Source of the DNA: Prorocentrum cordatum
Lineage: Eukaryota
Reading direction: 5' to 3'
NCBI GenBank assembly: GCA_963575745.1
Contig: CAUYUJ010000170.1
Location: 62,001 to 126,000 of the forward strand
Length of the DNA stretch: 64,000 nt
The position numbers were made by a program, and so were the translations under genes. Shown here in pieces: positions 49,601-60,680 of the stretch; within the stretch, counting starts at the first letter, position 1, and each line of letters opens with the position of its first letter. The notes beneath the pieces are model-generated. The model saw only the letters and a list, made by a program, of their open reading frames with translations, did not search any database and was not told the DNA's origin.

Positions 49601-49947
49601 TCAAGCACCTCGATGAGCTCTTTGGCTCGACCTGTCACTTGACTGTAGATGATCAGGCCCAGCTCCGCGTCTGAGAGCTGATTGAGGTTGCGGATGACTT
49701 CAACCTCCTTGCGCCACTCTCGGTACTTCTTAGTACTCGTACCGACTCCACCATCGAACTCTGGGAGCCTCACCTGCAACAGCAGTAGACGTGTACGTCT
49801 GGGACCGCCGTCGCCACGATCCCGATGCAAGGCCAAGAGCTCCCGCTGGGTCTCGGCCATCACGCGCAGGACTGCATGCAGGTCCGGGGGACCTGTGCCT
49901 GCGGAGGACGCAGCCTCCACATCTGAGCCGTCTTGGCTGGCGGCCAT
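46552..49947 (-). CDS. Gag-like polyprotein (1131 aa)
   Basis: LPEFDG...YREWRKEV, KMLRGAGLSQKERAQVL, zinc knuckle CADCDQPGHWRGDPEC; GCCATGG start. Confidence 0.85.
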   Translation of the reverse strand: MAASQDGSDVEAASSAGTGPPDLHAVLRVMAETQRELLALHRDRGDGGPRRTRLLLLQVRLPEFDGGVGTSTKKYREWRKEVEVIRNLNQLSDAELGLIIYSQVTGRAKELIEVLDASDLRREETLETIFAIYDDAFEKMDHERLDQVHQDWERAHRRAGQPIMDWTTYLRKKLMELQLEDPTSAISDRALASKMLRGAGLSQKERAQVLFNCGGIYDSKRMEVMLKAAYSKVHDTENRSVLPRRSPFAAQREHGRSSGSSGGRYPHPPMARRPCVLRGRPGQHVHEVENGEDYDEHHGDLEEAHHDEDEADDQDDGDHGGAEGTLFEDGAEVDEELVSDNDGPGDEEYEAPEDLQEAFLAGWRAKQKTAVQRQKRGFVAPRQRDPKKINASGSFQAGRKPTDQRKANSRCADCDQPGHWRGDPECPKVKSGEREPYNKIGPKNGQPASPNQRTSVKPPAPRQVHGPIVHWVGMAGSAEERRGRAPWRRAPQSVPAQRHPVEGRADAPERIIMHPRPISMPAPSLRQDADDGPGAAQSSDERARARARRGEDQEDEDAVERCHRILANTHAKGHSVELEFPDLATVHHIVERVANKKPIFFKQGRFESLDFVQGRLVRLQLATSRPCAAAEVDLDEITATIFKIVMGGNRDTKPRDDRRGEGGSRDTKQREDHHRDRRDDRQRDRGAVLREPRAPPPPEAEASSRSRSRSAPGGRGVKKEKRSPLEDRGEKEEKEEKKEKKKKKARSSKEEKKERKKARSSKEVKNEDEASEDPEATEDDNDQRREDKEVPFTPEEMDEIFCSWHPRQDVFRDYLTPPATIHFITKNDRIVRLNLYTRRCEKPDFSLSSGPARAHPVYVVEASAKGASKTKESPDGAVPGLTSAALTGEAAAVPKEEDWVMAGASEEVRKSEEKKRLEVLQRDKAELLDRLALIEKQEMEMHTRLNPCEVYDGLQKRREQAPLPERALPTSPEQQGVGSVWKNMEAIRRRVHLPAPPGAASSGAPAAATESSAASGVPRVVTASGRSYVMSVGATQSDLEKQQMHRAKYDSQFDGERLVPGPKAKFDPELMQQQAECVHPVGELKWQSNGTVIFAKCKKCSLKSVIHYTWRSPRRMKGNLPRTPQTELCQD

Positions 49948-50013
49948 GGCGGCCCACGCGGGTGGTCACAACCACCGAAGCAGAGCACGCAGTGCGTCCG
50001 CTGGAGCTTACTA

Positions 50014-50025
50014 GCTCCGCTACCA
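50014..50025 (-). promoter_or_regulatory. Primer binding site
   Basis: TGGTAGCGGAGC 1 nt after the LTR end, resembling the Copia PBS TGGTA(T/G)CAGAGC. Confidence 0.8.
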
Positions 50026-50026
50026 C

Positions 50027-50209
50027 TGTCAGTGCAGTTGTTTTCAGCAAAGACCGCGCGGCAGTCCAACTGCGGGTGCGTCCCAGGGCCCTAGGACTAG
50101 GGCCAAAACAGCGGCGGGCAGCGTGCATGCCACAAAACAAGACAAGCGTGTACAACATACACACATGGTGGCACGGGCGGCAGAGGGGCAGGGGAGTGCA
50201 CTCTTCACA
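50027..50209 (-). repeat. 5' LTR (183 bp)
   Basis: TGTGAAG...CTGACA termini, abutting a (GGA)n tract upstream and the PBS downstream; the second LTR is not in the window. Confidence 0.75.
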
Positions 50210-50284
50210 CTCTCCTCTCCTCCTCCTCTTCCTCCTCCTCCTCCTCCTCCTCCTCCTCGACCTCCTCCTCCTCCTCCTCCTCCT

Positions 50285-52373
50285 CCTTGGGAGCTTCTCG
50301 GGGCCATCTTGAGGCTCTCTTGGGATCGCCCCTCTTGGGCCGTATTGGGGCCCTCTGGGGCCGTGGGGGCCCTCTTGGACCGTTATCGGCTCCTTTGCGG
50401 GGCCTCTGGGGCCGTCTTGGGACGATATGTGGGGCCTCTTGGGCCATTTCGGGCCCATCTGGGGGCCCTCTTGGACCGTTTTGGGGCCCTCTTGGGCCGT
50501 CTTGGGGCCCTCTGGCCGGCTCACCGGAAAAAATATAAAGAAATGGGCCATGGGAACCGCCCGGGAGCCGCTTAACTCGAAAACATACAAGGGAAACGGG
50601 CCATTGCCACCTGGGCCGGCACGGAAACGGAAAGAGCGCTGCAGCAACCTGCCCGAGATGGCTCATGGCGCTTTTCGCTCTTGGGAGCCTTGGTGGTAAG
50701 AGCTGGTTGAGTCACCGCTCGTTCTTGGGAGCCTTGGTGTTGAGAGTTGTGTACGTCACCGCTCGCTCTTGGGAGCCTTGGTGTGCACGAGTTGGTCACG
50801 TCACCGTTCGCTCTTGGGAACCTTGGTGGGAAGAGCTGTTTACGTCACCACTCTCTGTTGGGAGCCCTGGTGTTGAGAGATGTTTAAGGTGCCGCTCGCT
50901 CTTGGGAGCCTTGGTGTGACGAGCTTGTTTACGTCACCTTCGCGCTTGGGAGCCTGGGTGTTAGCTTCTTACGTCTCCTCCTCCTCCTCCTCCTCCTCCT
51001 GCTCCGCTCCTTCCTCCCCTCCTCCCTCTCTCCTCATTCCTCCTTCCTCCTCCCCCCCTCCACCCTCCCTCCCTCCCACCACTCCCCCCCGTTCCCTCCC
51101 TCCTCTCCCTCCTCCTCCTCCCTCCACCCTCCTCCTCCTCCCTCCTCCCTCCTTCCTCCTCTTCCTCTTACTCGTTATCCTCGTCCTCCTCATCCTCCTC
51201 TTCCTACTCTCCTCCTCCTCCTCCTCCTCCTCCCTCCTCCTCCTCCTCCTCCTCCTACTCCCTCCTCCTCCCCTCCTCCTCCTCCTCCTCCTCCTCCTCC
51301 CCCTCCTCCTCTCTTCGGGCCCGCTTGGAGCCCATTGGGGCCCTCTAGAAAAAAAACAAAAACAAAAACCCACAAAAGTTTGAACCAATAAAAAAAAGAA
51401 CAGGAAACAGAATCCCAACCCCAGCTCTATCAATAATAAGTGGCCCTGGGGGCCCTCTTGGCCGTATTGGGGCCCTCTTGGGCCGTCTGGGGGCCATCTT
51501 GGGCCGTTTGGGGGCCCTTTGGGGCGCCTCTGGGGCCGTCTTGGGACGATCTTTGGGGCCTCTTGGGCCCGTCTGGGGACCCTCTCGGACCGTTTTGGGC
51601 TCGTTTGGGGCGCCTCTGGGGCCGTCTTGGGTCGATTTTTGGACCCTCTTGGGCCGTCTGATGCCCTTCTGGGACAGAAAAACAGGAGAACCCCAAAAAC
51701 ATGCAAACAAAACCCAGGGAAATCAAAGTTCTTGGCCTCTGGAGCCTCCAGGGCCGTCTACAGACTCTCTTGGACCGTCTGGCGGCCATCTGAAGCTCTC
51801 TTGGGGCCGTCTTGGGGTCCGCTTGGGCCGTCTTGGGGCCCTTGGGCCGCCTCACCTGAAAAATACAAAGAAATGGGCCATGGGAGCCGCCCGGGAGCCG
51901 CTTCACTCGAAAACATACGAGGGAAACGGGCCATTACCACCGCTACGCCCGCGCCTCCACCCCCCTGCACCCCCCCTAAGGAGGGCTTCGCCCCTGCTCA
52001 ACGTCACTCGCTTTCCGATCAACCCAACACTCCCGCCTCAACCCCCCTCTGCACTCCCCCTAAGGAGGGCTCCGCCCCTGCTCAACGTCACTCGCTCGTA
52101 CCTCGCTCTTTCCGTCACCTGCTTGACACGGAGACGGGAAGCGCATTTACTTTCAGAGCACGAGATGTCGCTGGCTTGCCCGTTCTTTCTCTCTGTCTCC
52201 CCGTCTGGAGGCTCTTTTGGGGCATCTTGGTGGCAGATTGGGCGCTCTCTAGGGCTACCAAGAAGCCGCAGGAGGCTTCTTCAGGGGGAACTATGGCGTG
52301 TTGGTATCTTGGGAAGGCACTAGAGCGCGATCAAACACGAATGAATATTATGATACTACTGTCGTTGTTTTGG

Positions 52374-52415
<42 letters not shown>

Positions 52416-52487
52416 GGATGAGGATGAGGATGAGGATGAGGATGAGGACGAGGATGAGGATGAGGATGAGGATGCTGATGATGATGC

Positions 52488-52541
<54 letters not shown>

Positions 52542-54085
52542 CGACGGCATGCTGTCTCTTGGGAGCATCTTGAGCCTCTCCCAGGCCCTCCTTGGGCCGT
52601 CTCGTGGCTCTCTTAGGCTGTCTCGGGGCCCTTTTGGGTCGTCCTCGGGCCGTCATGGCACAATCTCGGGGGGCCCTGGAGCTGTATCGGGCCGCTCTTG
52701 ACCGAAAAACGAGAGGCTGGAAACCTTCACAAACCTAAAGACAACAACGGTTTTTGCGTCGTCTGGCGCTTTGGGGGGTCCTCTCGGGGGCCGCTTGGGG
52801 TGTCTTGGAAGCAACTTGGGCTGTACTGAGGCCATTTTGGGCTATCTTGGATCGCTCTTGGGCCGTCCTCGGGCCCGTCTGGGCCTCTCTTACGCCGTCT
52901 GGTGCCTTAAGCTGGCGAGGAGCTGGCGCGCTTACGCGGAGCTTACGCGAGCTTACGCAGAGATCACGCACCCGTAAACAGGGAATCCCATGTTAACAAG
53001 CACCTGACCCCGCTCAGGCACCCGTTAACAGGGAATTTACACTTTCATGTTAACAAGGCCCCTCGCTCAGGCACCCGTTAACAAAGAATACTATGCAATT
53101 TCCCTGTTAACGGGTGCTTGAGCCCGCTCAAGCACCCGCCTTTCCATGTGAAAGGCCCCGTTAGAACCGTGCCCAACGAAAGCGGGCTCGAGCACGAAAG
53201 CGGCAGCGCGCAACAGTGGCTGGCCAGGTTAACGCCACCCCATCGGAGGGGGCTGGACGGGCAGGCGAAAAGGGAGGAAAGGAGGGGAGGAGGGGGGACG
53301 AGGAGGGAGATGACCGCTGCGCACAACGCGCGGCGAAAACTCACTGGGCGAGGGCGCGGCCGCGGGGTGTGAGCCACCCGGCCCCGCGCGCCCGCGCCTT
53401 AAAACGAGGACAGGGGGAGGACGGGGAGGAGGAGGAGGCGGAGGAGGAGGAGGAGGAGGAGGAGAAAAAGGGAGAGAACTCGGGGTCCTCGTGGTCCGCG
53501 GCCCACGTTGGTCTTGCCGCTGACGCACGAGCACCGCGCGCGTTCGCCCGCCGGCGGGCTATGCGCGCAGTGCAACCATTAGATCCTGGGACGTGGGATG
53601 CCCCCCCATCAAACTCCCCATAGTTTCATTCCTTCTGGCTAACGGATAGCACGCTACGCGCGCATTCCGGAGTCCGGTTTGCGCCCCCCTCGCCCCTCTC
53701 CTGGACCCCTCCCTAGAGGGCTCCGCCCCACCAAAACGTCATCACTTCGTACCTCGCTATTTCCGTTATCGGGCCCGCTTGGGAACCTCTTGGGGCCCTT
53801 TTGGGGCTCTCTTGGGGCCGTCTGTGGGCCCTCTTGGGCCGTCTTGGGGCCCTCTTAGGCCGTCTGGAGGCCCTCTTGGACTGTTTTGGCCCCCCTTGGG
53901 GCACTTCTGGGGCCGTCTTGTGATGATCTTTGGGTCATCGGGGGCCCTCTTGAGGGCCTCTGGAGCCGTCTCGAGGCTCTCTTGGACTGTCTGGAGGCCA
54001 TATGAAGCTCTCTTGGGGCCGTCTTGGGGCCCTCTGAAGCCGTTTTGGGGCCCTCTTGGGCCGTCTTGGGGCCCTCTGGCCAGCT
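50285..54085. repeat. Patches of degenerate ~11-bp satellite (TCTTGGGGCCC/TCTTGGGCCG)n
   Basis: Blocks at about 50290-50520, 51440-51850, 52560-52900 and 53780-54080; reverse complement of the CCAAGA satellite. Confidence 0.8.
50670..50965. repeat. ~44-bp tandem repeat
   Basis: CTCTTGGGAGCCTTGGTG...GTCACC repeated about 7 times. Confidence 0.85.
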
Positions 54086-54398
54086 CACCCACAAAAAAAC
54101 AAAGAAACAGGCCATGGGAGCCGCTCAAGAAGAATAGAAAAAAAAAGAAGAAAGAAAGAATAAAAAGAACGAGAAAAAAAAAGAAAAACAAAATGAAAGA
54201 AAAAAAAACAAGAAAAAGAAAAAAAACAAAGAAAAAAGATAAAGAATCAAAAGCCCCCCACACACCCAAGCCACTCGCGAGCCCCCACGCCCCCCCCCCC
54301 GCCCCTCACCCGCTCCCCTCGCGCCGCCCCCCCCCCCCCACTCTCCTCGCCCCCACCCCCCGCCCCGCCACCCTCCCGCCCCCCGCCCACCCCCCCCC

Positions 54399-54435
<37 letters not shown>

Positions 54436-55029
54436 ACCCCACCCAACCATCCCTCCACCCCTCCCCTGCCCCGCCCCTCCCTACTCCCCCCCACTCCCCC
54501 CCCCCCCCCCCACCCTCACCGCCCCACACCCCCTCCACCGAGTCCACCTCCTCCCCCCCCCCCTCCGTCCCCCCCCCCCCCCCCTCCCTCCCCCTCCCCC
54601 CCCTCCCTTCCTCCTCCTCTCCTCCCCCCCCCTCCCCCCCTCCCCCCTCCTCACGTCTCCCAACTCTCGCACCCCCCCCCCGGGCCCGGCCGATGCTCAG
54701 AGCCCCGGGCATGCCCCCCCCACGCCCACCCCCACCAATCATTTATTCCGGCTAACGGATCGCACGCTACGCGCCCTGTCCGTCACCTTCGCCCGTCCTG
54801 CCTACCCCCCACCCCCCTCCTTGCCACTTCTCCCGGCTGACGGATCGCGACGCTACACGCGCTTTCCGTCACCCGCCGCCCCCTGTGGAGTTATCACAGA
54901 AGTGCCTGGCGTGCAGAAGTGCCTGGCGTGCTCGATCCTCCAGCTTGGTGTTGGTTCTTTTCCAAGGGAGCTCCCCGTGGGGATTCGGTCCATGCCACTG
55001 GCCACCCGAAGGTCCCGTCGCTGCGCAAC

Positions 55030-56390
55030 CAACGTCTCCAAGACGGCATCGATGGCCTCCAAGACGGCCAAGATGGCCCGAGATGGCCTCCAAGCTCGCC
55101 CAAGATGGTCCAAGATGGCCATCAAGACGGCCCAAGAGAATCCAAGATGCCTCCAAGTTCGCCCAAGACGCCTCCAAGGCGGCTCCAGACGGCCCAGGAG
55201 GCCCCCAAGAGGCCTCCCAGGCGGCCCAAGAGGCCTCCAAGAGGTTCTCCAGGAGGGACCGAAGAGGCAAAATCACTGGTGCTGCTCAGGTGTTTGAAGG
55301 ATTTGGGCATTTGCTTCTTTTCGGCTCCCCAACAACCCAAGACAGCCCAAGAGGCCCCCAAGATCGCCCCAAGATGGCCCCAAAGGCCTCCAAGATGACC
55401 ATGTGTGCTCGAGATGGTACAAGATGGTCTCCAAGATGGCCCAAGAGGGCCCAAGATGCCACCAAGTCCGCCCAAGACGCGCCCAAGACGGCCCAAGAAG
55501 CCCCTAACAAGTCTCCAAGACGGCCCAAGAAGCTTCCAAGAGGTTCCCAGGAGGGCCCGAAGAGGCCAAATGTGGCATGTGCTTCTTTTCGGCCGTCCGA
55601 CGGCCCAAGACGGCCCAAGAGGCACCCGAGATCGCCGCAAGATGGCCCCAAAGGCCTCCAAGATGACCTCACGACGGCCCAAGAAGCCTCCAAAGCAGCT
55701 TCAAGAGGCCCTCCAAGTTCGCCCAATATGGTCCAAGATGGCCTCCAAGACGGCCCAAGAGGGCCCAAGAGGGCCCAAGAATCCTCCAAGACGGCCCAAG
55801 AGAATCCAAGATGCCTCCAAGTTCGCCCAAGACGCCTCCAAGGCAGCTCCAGCCGGCCCAGGAGGCCCCCAAGAGGCCTCCCAGGCGGCCCAAGAGGCCT
55901 CCAAGAGGTCCTCCAGGAGGGACCGAAGAGGCCAAAATCCTTGGTGTCCCTTAGGTTGTTGAAGGATTTAGGCATTTGCTTCTGTCCGGCCTTCCAACAA
56001 CCCAAGACGGCCCAAGAGGCCCCCAAGATCGCGCCAAAGTGGCCCCCAAAGCCTCCAAGATGGCCCCCGGACGGCCCAAGAGGCCTCCAAGACGGCCCCA
56101 AGAGGGCCCCAAGAGGGCCGAAGACGGCACAAGAGACCTCCAAGACGCCCAAGATGGCCCTCAAGACTGCTCTGAAGCGCCACAAGAAGGCCCCAAGTCG
56201 ATTCAGAAAGGCATCCAAGACGGCTTCCGACGGCGTCAGACGGGCCAGGAAAGCCCGAAGATAGCCAAAGCGGCCCTGAACAAGCCCCCAACTGCTCCCA
56301 AGAGGCCCAATGAGGCCCCCAAGAGGCCTCCAGGAGGCCCCCAGAAGCTCCCAGGACACCCCAAGAGTGCCCCAACAGGCTTCCAAGGGG
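55030..56390. repeat. Degenerate ~11-bp satellite (CCAAGAGGCC/CCAAGACGGC)n with an internal ~660-bp duplication
   Basis: 55125-55400 is similar to 55787-56060; a similar block lies at 58600-59110. Confidence 0.85.
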
Positions 56391-56617
56391 CGTCCTCCTC
56401 CTCCCTCTCCTCCTCCTCCTCCTCCCTCTCCTCCTCCTCCTCTTCCTCCTCCTGTTCCCTTTCCCTTCTTCTTCTCACTCGCCTCTTCCTCGCGTGCTCC
56501 CCGAAAGGCTTCAGCGACAGCTGGGGGAACGCATGCCCCGGTAGCTCTGGCCCAGCTCTCGGCCACAGAGGCGCTTCCACGAAGGCAGGAGGCGGCGGTG
56601 ACTCGCCGTAGGCTTCT

Positions 56618-56805
56618 GTCGGGCGTGCCCCCCTACAGGGGGATTTTCGACGAAAAATAAGACATACCCCAAAAATACCCCCCAAAGGTCAAAAAAATAC
56701 TCAAAAATAGTCACCAGACGATTGTTGCACTATTTTTGAATTTTTGTGTGGGGTATGTTGCATTTTTCGTCGAAAAATCCCCCTGCAAGGGGACAGGCCC
56801 GACTT
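56618..56805. mobile_element. GGTCGGGC-family MITE
   Basis: GTCGGGCGTGCCCCCCTACAGGGGGATTTTCGACGAAAA...TTTTCGTCGAAAAATCCCCCTGCAAGGGGACAGGCCCGAC. Confidence 0.8.
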
Positions 56806-59617
56806 GACCGTAGGCGCCTCCGATCTCAGGCAGAGCGCTGCACGGCACGCACGGCGCCCACTGCACGGGCACGGGCACGGGCACGGCACGCGGGCGGCAG
56901 GCGCTGCTCGCACAGGTCCTGCAGGCGAGGCACGGCACCGTGCGCGAGCACGGCAGGGCACGGCACCCCGCACTGGGCCCGGTAGCGGCGGCGGCGGCCT
57001 CCTCAGGAGCACGGGTCACGACTCGGCGAAACCGAAGGGGGATACAAAGTTGCCCTAGCTCCTCGAGCGCGCGCACGGCAGCTCTGCCTCGCATCGGCGG
57101 TAGGCAAGCCTCCCTTTGGCAGACCACCCTGCAGTGAAAGCGGCCCTGGACCGAAGCCGACGGATCTGGACCCGCAAGCATGACGGCCGCGACGCCCTAC
57201 TCGCGAACCGAGAACGGCCAAGTCCCTAATCGACGCGTCAGGGCAGGAGGTCTGTCCACCCCCGATCGCACTCCAGAAACCAGACACGGCACTGACCACG
57301 AAAAAACACATCCCCAATCCCAAAATCGCGGATTCACCGAGGATTCGAAGATCGGCCAAAGATTTCGGGGTGTGTTTTGCGTTCGTCGTCGTCGCCCTGG
57401 TAAAACCCTACCCCAAAATCTCCCTCCCCGAAGTCTCGAGGAGCCTGCATTTTGTCTTGGCCCTCGCGTTTTTGGGATTGGGCATCTGTTTTGACTTAGT
57501 GAGGCACGGCACGGCACGCGCGGCAGGCGGGTACTGCACGGCACGGCTCGGTGGTCCGAGGCGCGGCACGGCACTGCACGCAGACACGGCACGGCACGGC
57601 TCGGCACAGCCCGGCACGGCACAGCACGGCACGGCAGACGCGGGCGACACACCCTGCTCGCACTCCTCCTCCTCCTCCTCCTCCTCCTCCTCCTCCTCCT
57701 CCTCCTCTTCCTCCTCCTCCTCCTCCTCCTCCTCCTCCTCCTCCTCCTCCTCCTCCTCCTCCTCCTCCTCCTCCTCCTGGTGCCGCGGTCACACACAGCA
57801 GGTGCGACCCTCGTGATGTCCCATACGGCACCCTGCACCAAGCTAGCCAGGACCCCCACGTGCGGCATTCGCCCGGCGACGGCCCACAAGCCTGAGAACC
57901 AGCAGCACAAAAGCCGCCCTTCAGACGCACAGAGTAGAAAAGATCAAGGTGTTTGAGCTTGAAGCCGCATGCCGGGTGGCCCTACAGTGCCCATCCCTGG
58001 CCCACCTGGCACCAGTATACGCAACGCTCGGGGCGCTTAGATGCGCCTTGACATGAGAAGGAACGGGTTCACGTCCACGACAATGATGAGCGAAGCTGGG
58101 CGAGGACCGTCGGGTGGGGCGGCCGAGTCTCTCTGGATAGGCAAGCACCGAAAAGTGATGCAGCCCAAAAAATGCACCCCAAACTGGGGCGTCCATCCCT
58201 GATCGAACTCGCCCTCTTGGTGACTAGTCGTCACTCGGGCGGGTGAAACGGAGGACGAGGATGAGGGCAGAAGGGAGGAGCGAAGAAACAAAGCTGGGCG
58301 GGAAACTTCGAGTGGGGAGGCGGAGCCCCCCGAGAAAGAAGTCCCACCAGGCCTTCAGGGCGTCAGTGGTTTATTAGAGACTTTCCTTGTCCAACCCCTC
58401 CTTTTCTCCCCTTCGGGGAGGGGTATATGCCTCGCCCTACCCCCTCCCCCCGGACCTGGACGGGGTGGGCGGCGGGCCGGCAGAGCGTCCAAGATGGCCT
58501 CGGCGAGAAGGCCAAAACCACTGATGTTACCAAGGTGTTGGCCACGTGTTGACCTCCTGGGAGGGGGCGGGGGGCCAACTAAGGAGTCCCCATCATTTGA
58601 TCGGTCTCCTCCAAGACGGCCCCCGAGGCTCCCAAAGGGTGCCCCAAGGCAGCCCCAAGCGGCGCCCAAGAGGACCTAAGAGGCCCCCAAGATGCCCCCA
58701 AGACGTGCTCAAGAGACTCCCACAAGAGGCCCCAAGAGTCCCACAGTGGCACCCAAGACGCCCCAAGAGGCCTCGGCGAGAAGGCCAAAATCATTAATTT
58801 TACTTAGGTGTTGGCCACACTTTGGCCTCCTGGGGGAAGGCCTAATTTGGTAAGGCCCGTCGTTTGATCGATCTCCTCCAAGAAGGCCCCAAGATTGTCC
58901 CCGAGGCTCCCAATGGTACCTCAAGACGGCCCAAAGAGGTGACCGTAAGGCCCGAGAGGCCACCAAGACGCCCACAAGATGCCTCCAAGAGGCCCCCAAG
59001 AGACCCCAAGAGACACCTAAGAGTCTCCCCAGAAGCACCAAAGACGCGCCAAGAAACCCCAGGGACAGCCAAGAAACCTCCCAAGACGCCCAAGAGGACT
59101 CCCAAGGTCTCTGAAAAACATCCGAAGAAACTCCGAGAGGCATCTTGAAGCTTCTGGCTTTTCAGCTCGCCCTCCTCCTTCTCCTCCTCCCCCTCCTCCT
59201 CCTATGACGACGACGACCAGGCTTACCACTCCATCATCCCCCTCTTAGGACATGACCTCTGACCCAGCCCTTTAAACTACTGCATGCTCATCCACATCCC
59301 TGATCAGGGCAATTCGTCTGGGCATCGTTTCTGGATGGGCTGGTGGGGTTACGCGAATTGTCTAGAACTACAAGTGCTGACGACCATAAAGCATGGTGCT
59401 GGGAAACGCTGGTGCTGCAGCCTGTTCGGCCTGCCGCCAGCTGACTCGACAGTGGCCCTGTCGACCGGCCTTGAAAGTAAGTGCTACCCGTGCGCGGTTG
59501 GCACAGCACATATTCGTTCCAACGAAGACATTACCTCCGATCTGGGAACTGCCGAGAGGCATGTTCGCCCCTCGCCAGTTGCCACACACTCAGCGGGTGC
59601 GGACCCCGAAGTGCCGC

Positions 59618-60184
59618 TCACGGCGAGAAGCCCGACGCCTCAGGCAGGGATGCTCCCGCGACGCGCCCGCGGCTGCACGTGCCGCAGCACGGCGAACCTG
59701 GCGCGCGCGCCTCACGCAGAGGCCCGCAGCCGAGGGCGAAAGCGCTCCAGCGCTTCACCGCCAGCAGCACCCCTCCGAGCGGCGAGTCGGGCCCGCGGCG
59801 GTCCACCGCGCCGAGGTCCCCAGCCCCGGTCGCCCCTTGCCCGAGGGCGAGGCCGTCGGTCGCCTCCCGCAGGGCGGCGGAGCCGCGCCGTGTCCTCCAC
59901 AGCACGCCGTCGAGCGGCGAGACATCGCAGCGGTCCGCCGCGTCGGGCTCGCGAGGCTCGCCATCATCCGACCCATCGAGCTCGAGGGCCTCGTCGTCAT
60001 CCGACCAAGTGGGCTCGAGGTCCTCGTCGTCATCCAACCCACTGAGTTCACCCATCATGGATGTGGCCGTCGTCGAGTCGGTGACCAGCCTGACCCAGCC
60101 TTTCGATGAGTTCTGGTTGCTCAGCGCCCTCAGGCGGTCGAGGCTCTTGGCCGTCGACAGGTGACACCCAGGAATCAACGCCAT
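59618..60184 (-). CDS. Hypothetical protein (acidic, disordered)
   Basis: ACATGG start, MALIPGCHL...STTATSMMGELSGLDDDEDLEPTWSDDDE, GC3-rich codons, SL-like relics 70-110 nt upstream. The 3' end may be spliced. Confidence 0.45.
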   Translation of the reverse strand: MALIPGCHLSTAKSLDRLRALSNQNSSKGWVRLVTDSTTATSMMGELSGLDDDEDLEPTWSDDDEALELDGSDDGEPREPDAADRCDVSPLDGVLWRTRRGSAALREATDGLALGQGATGAGDLGAVDRRGPDSPLGGVLLAVKRWSAFALGCGPLREARAPGSPCCGTCSRGRVAGASLPEASGFSP

Positions 60185-60680
60185 GTTCAAAGAAGCCGGG
60201 CGGAGGCCACGGAACATGATACAATGAAGAATGCAGCGCGTTGTTTCGAAATCCGGCCAAACCTGGCTTGATCCAACGCACACGTTGAACGAAATCCACT
60301 GACCCCTTGTGTGTCTCTAGGCGAGTGAGATGTTCCCCCCTATATCTCCCCCCGGAGACCCTGAACTGAAAACTTGCGGTCGCTCGAGCGATGTCGCATC
60401 GTCTGACGGGGGGTGGCCCATTGTCACAGGGGCAATCGACGAAACCACCCCCGATTGCCAGTTTGACACATGGAGGGGCAAGGGATCTCTCACTGCCAAG
60501 TGAACCAGGTTTCCCGACGTCCCCCCTGACAGCGGCGCCCCCCGCTGTCCATCGGGCGCCGGAGGCTCAGTTCCCGCCGCTCTGGCCTGGGCCCGCAACT
60601 ACCAGCTCGGCAGGGGGCGACCCACTGCGAGAGGGCTCACCGAGGATCCTCCTCCTGGCCCGCTCGTCCCCCCGAATGCC

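Larger units (their letters stand above)
45308..50209 (-). mobile_element. 5' part of an LTR retrotransposon (Copia-like), truncated by the gap
   Basis: LTR, PBS, gag with CCHC knuckle, aspartic protease and start of a C5-methyltransferase-like domain. Confidence 0.85.

Noticed and set aside
54885..56566. Long Pro/Arg/Lys-rich ORFs
   Set aside because: Translations of the degenerate CCAAGA satellite.
57814..58053. Possible solo LTR (TG...CA)
   Set aside because: No matching TSD, PBS or second copy.
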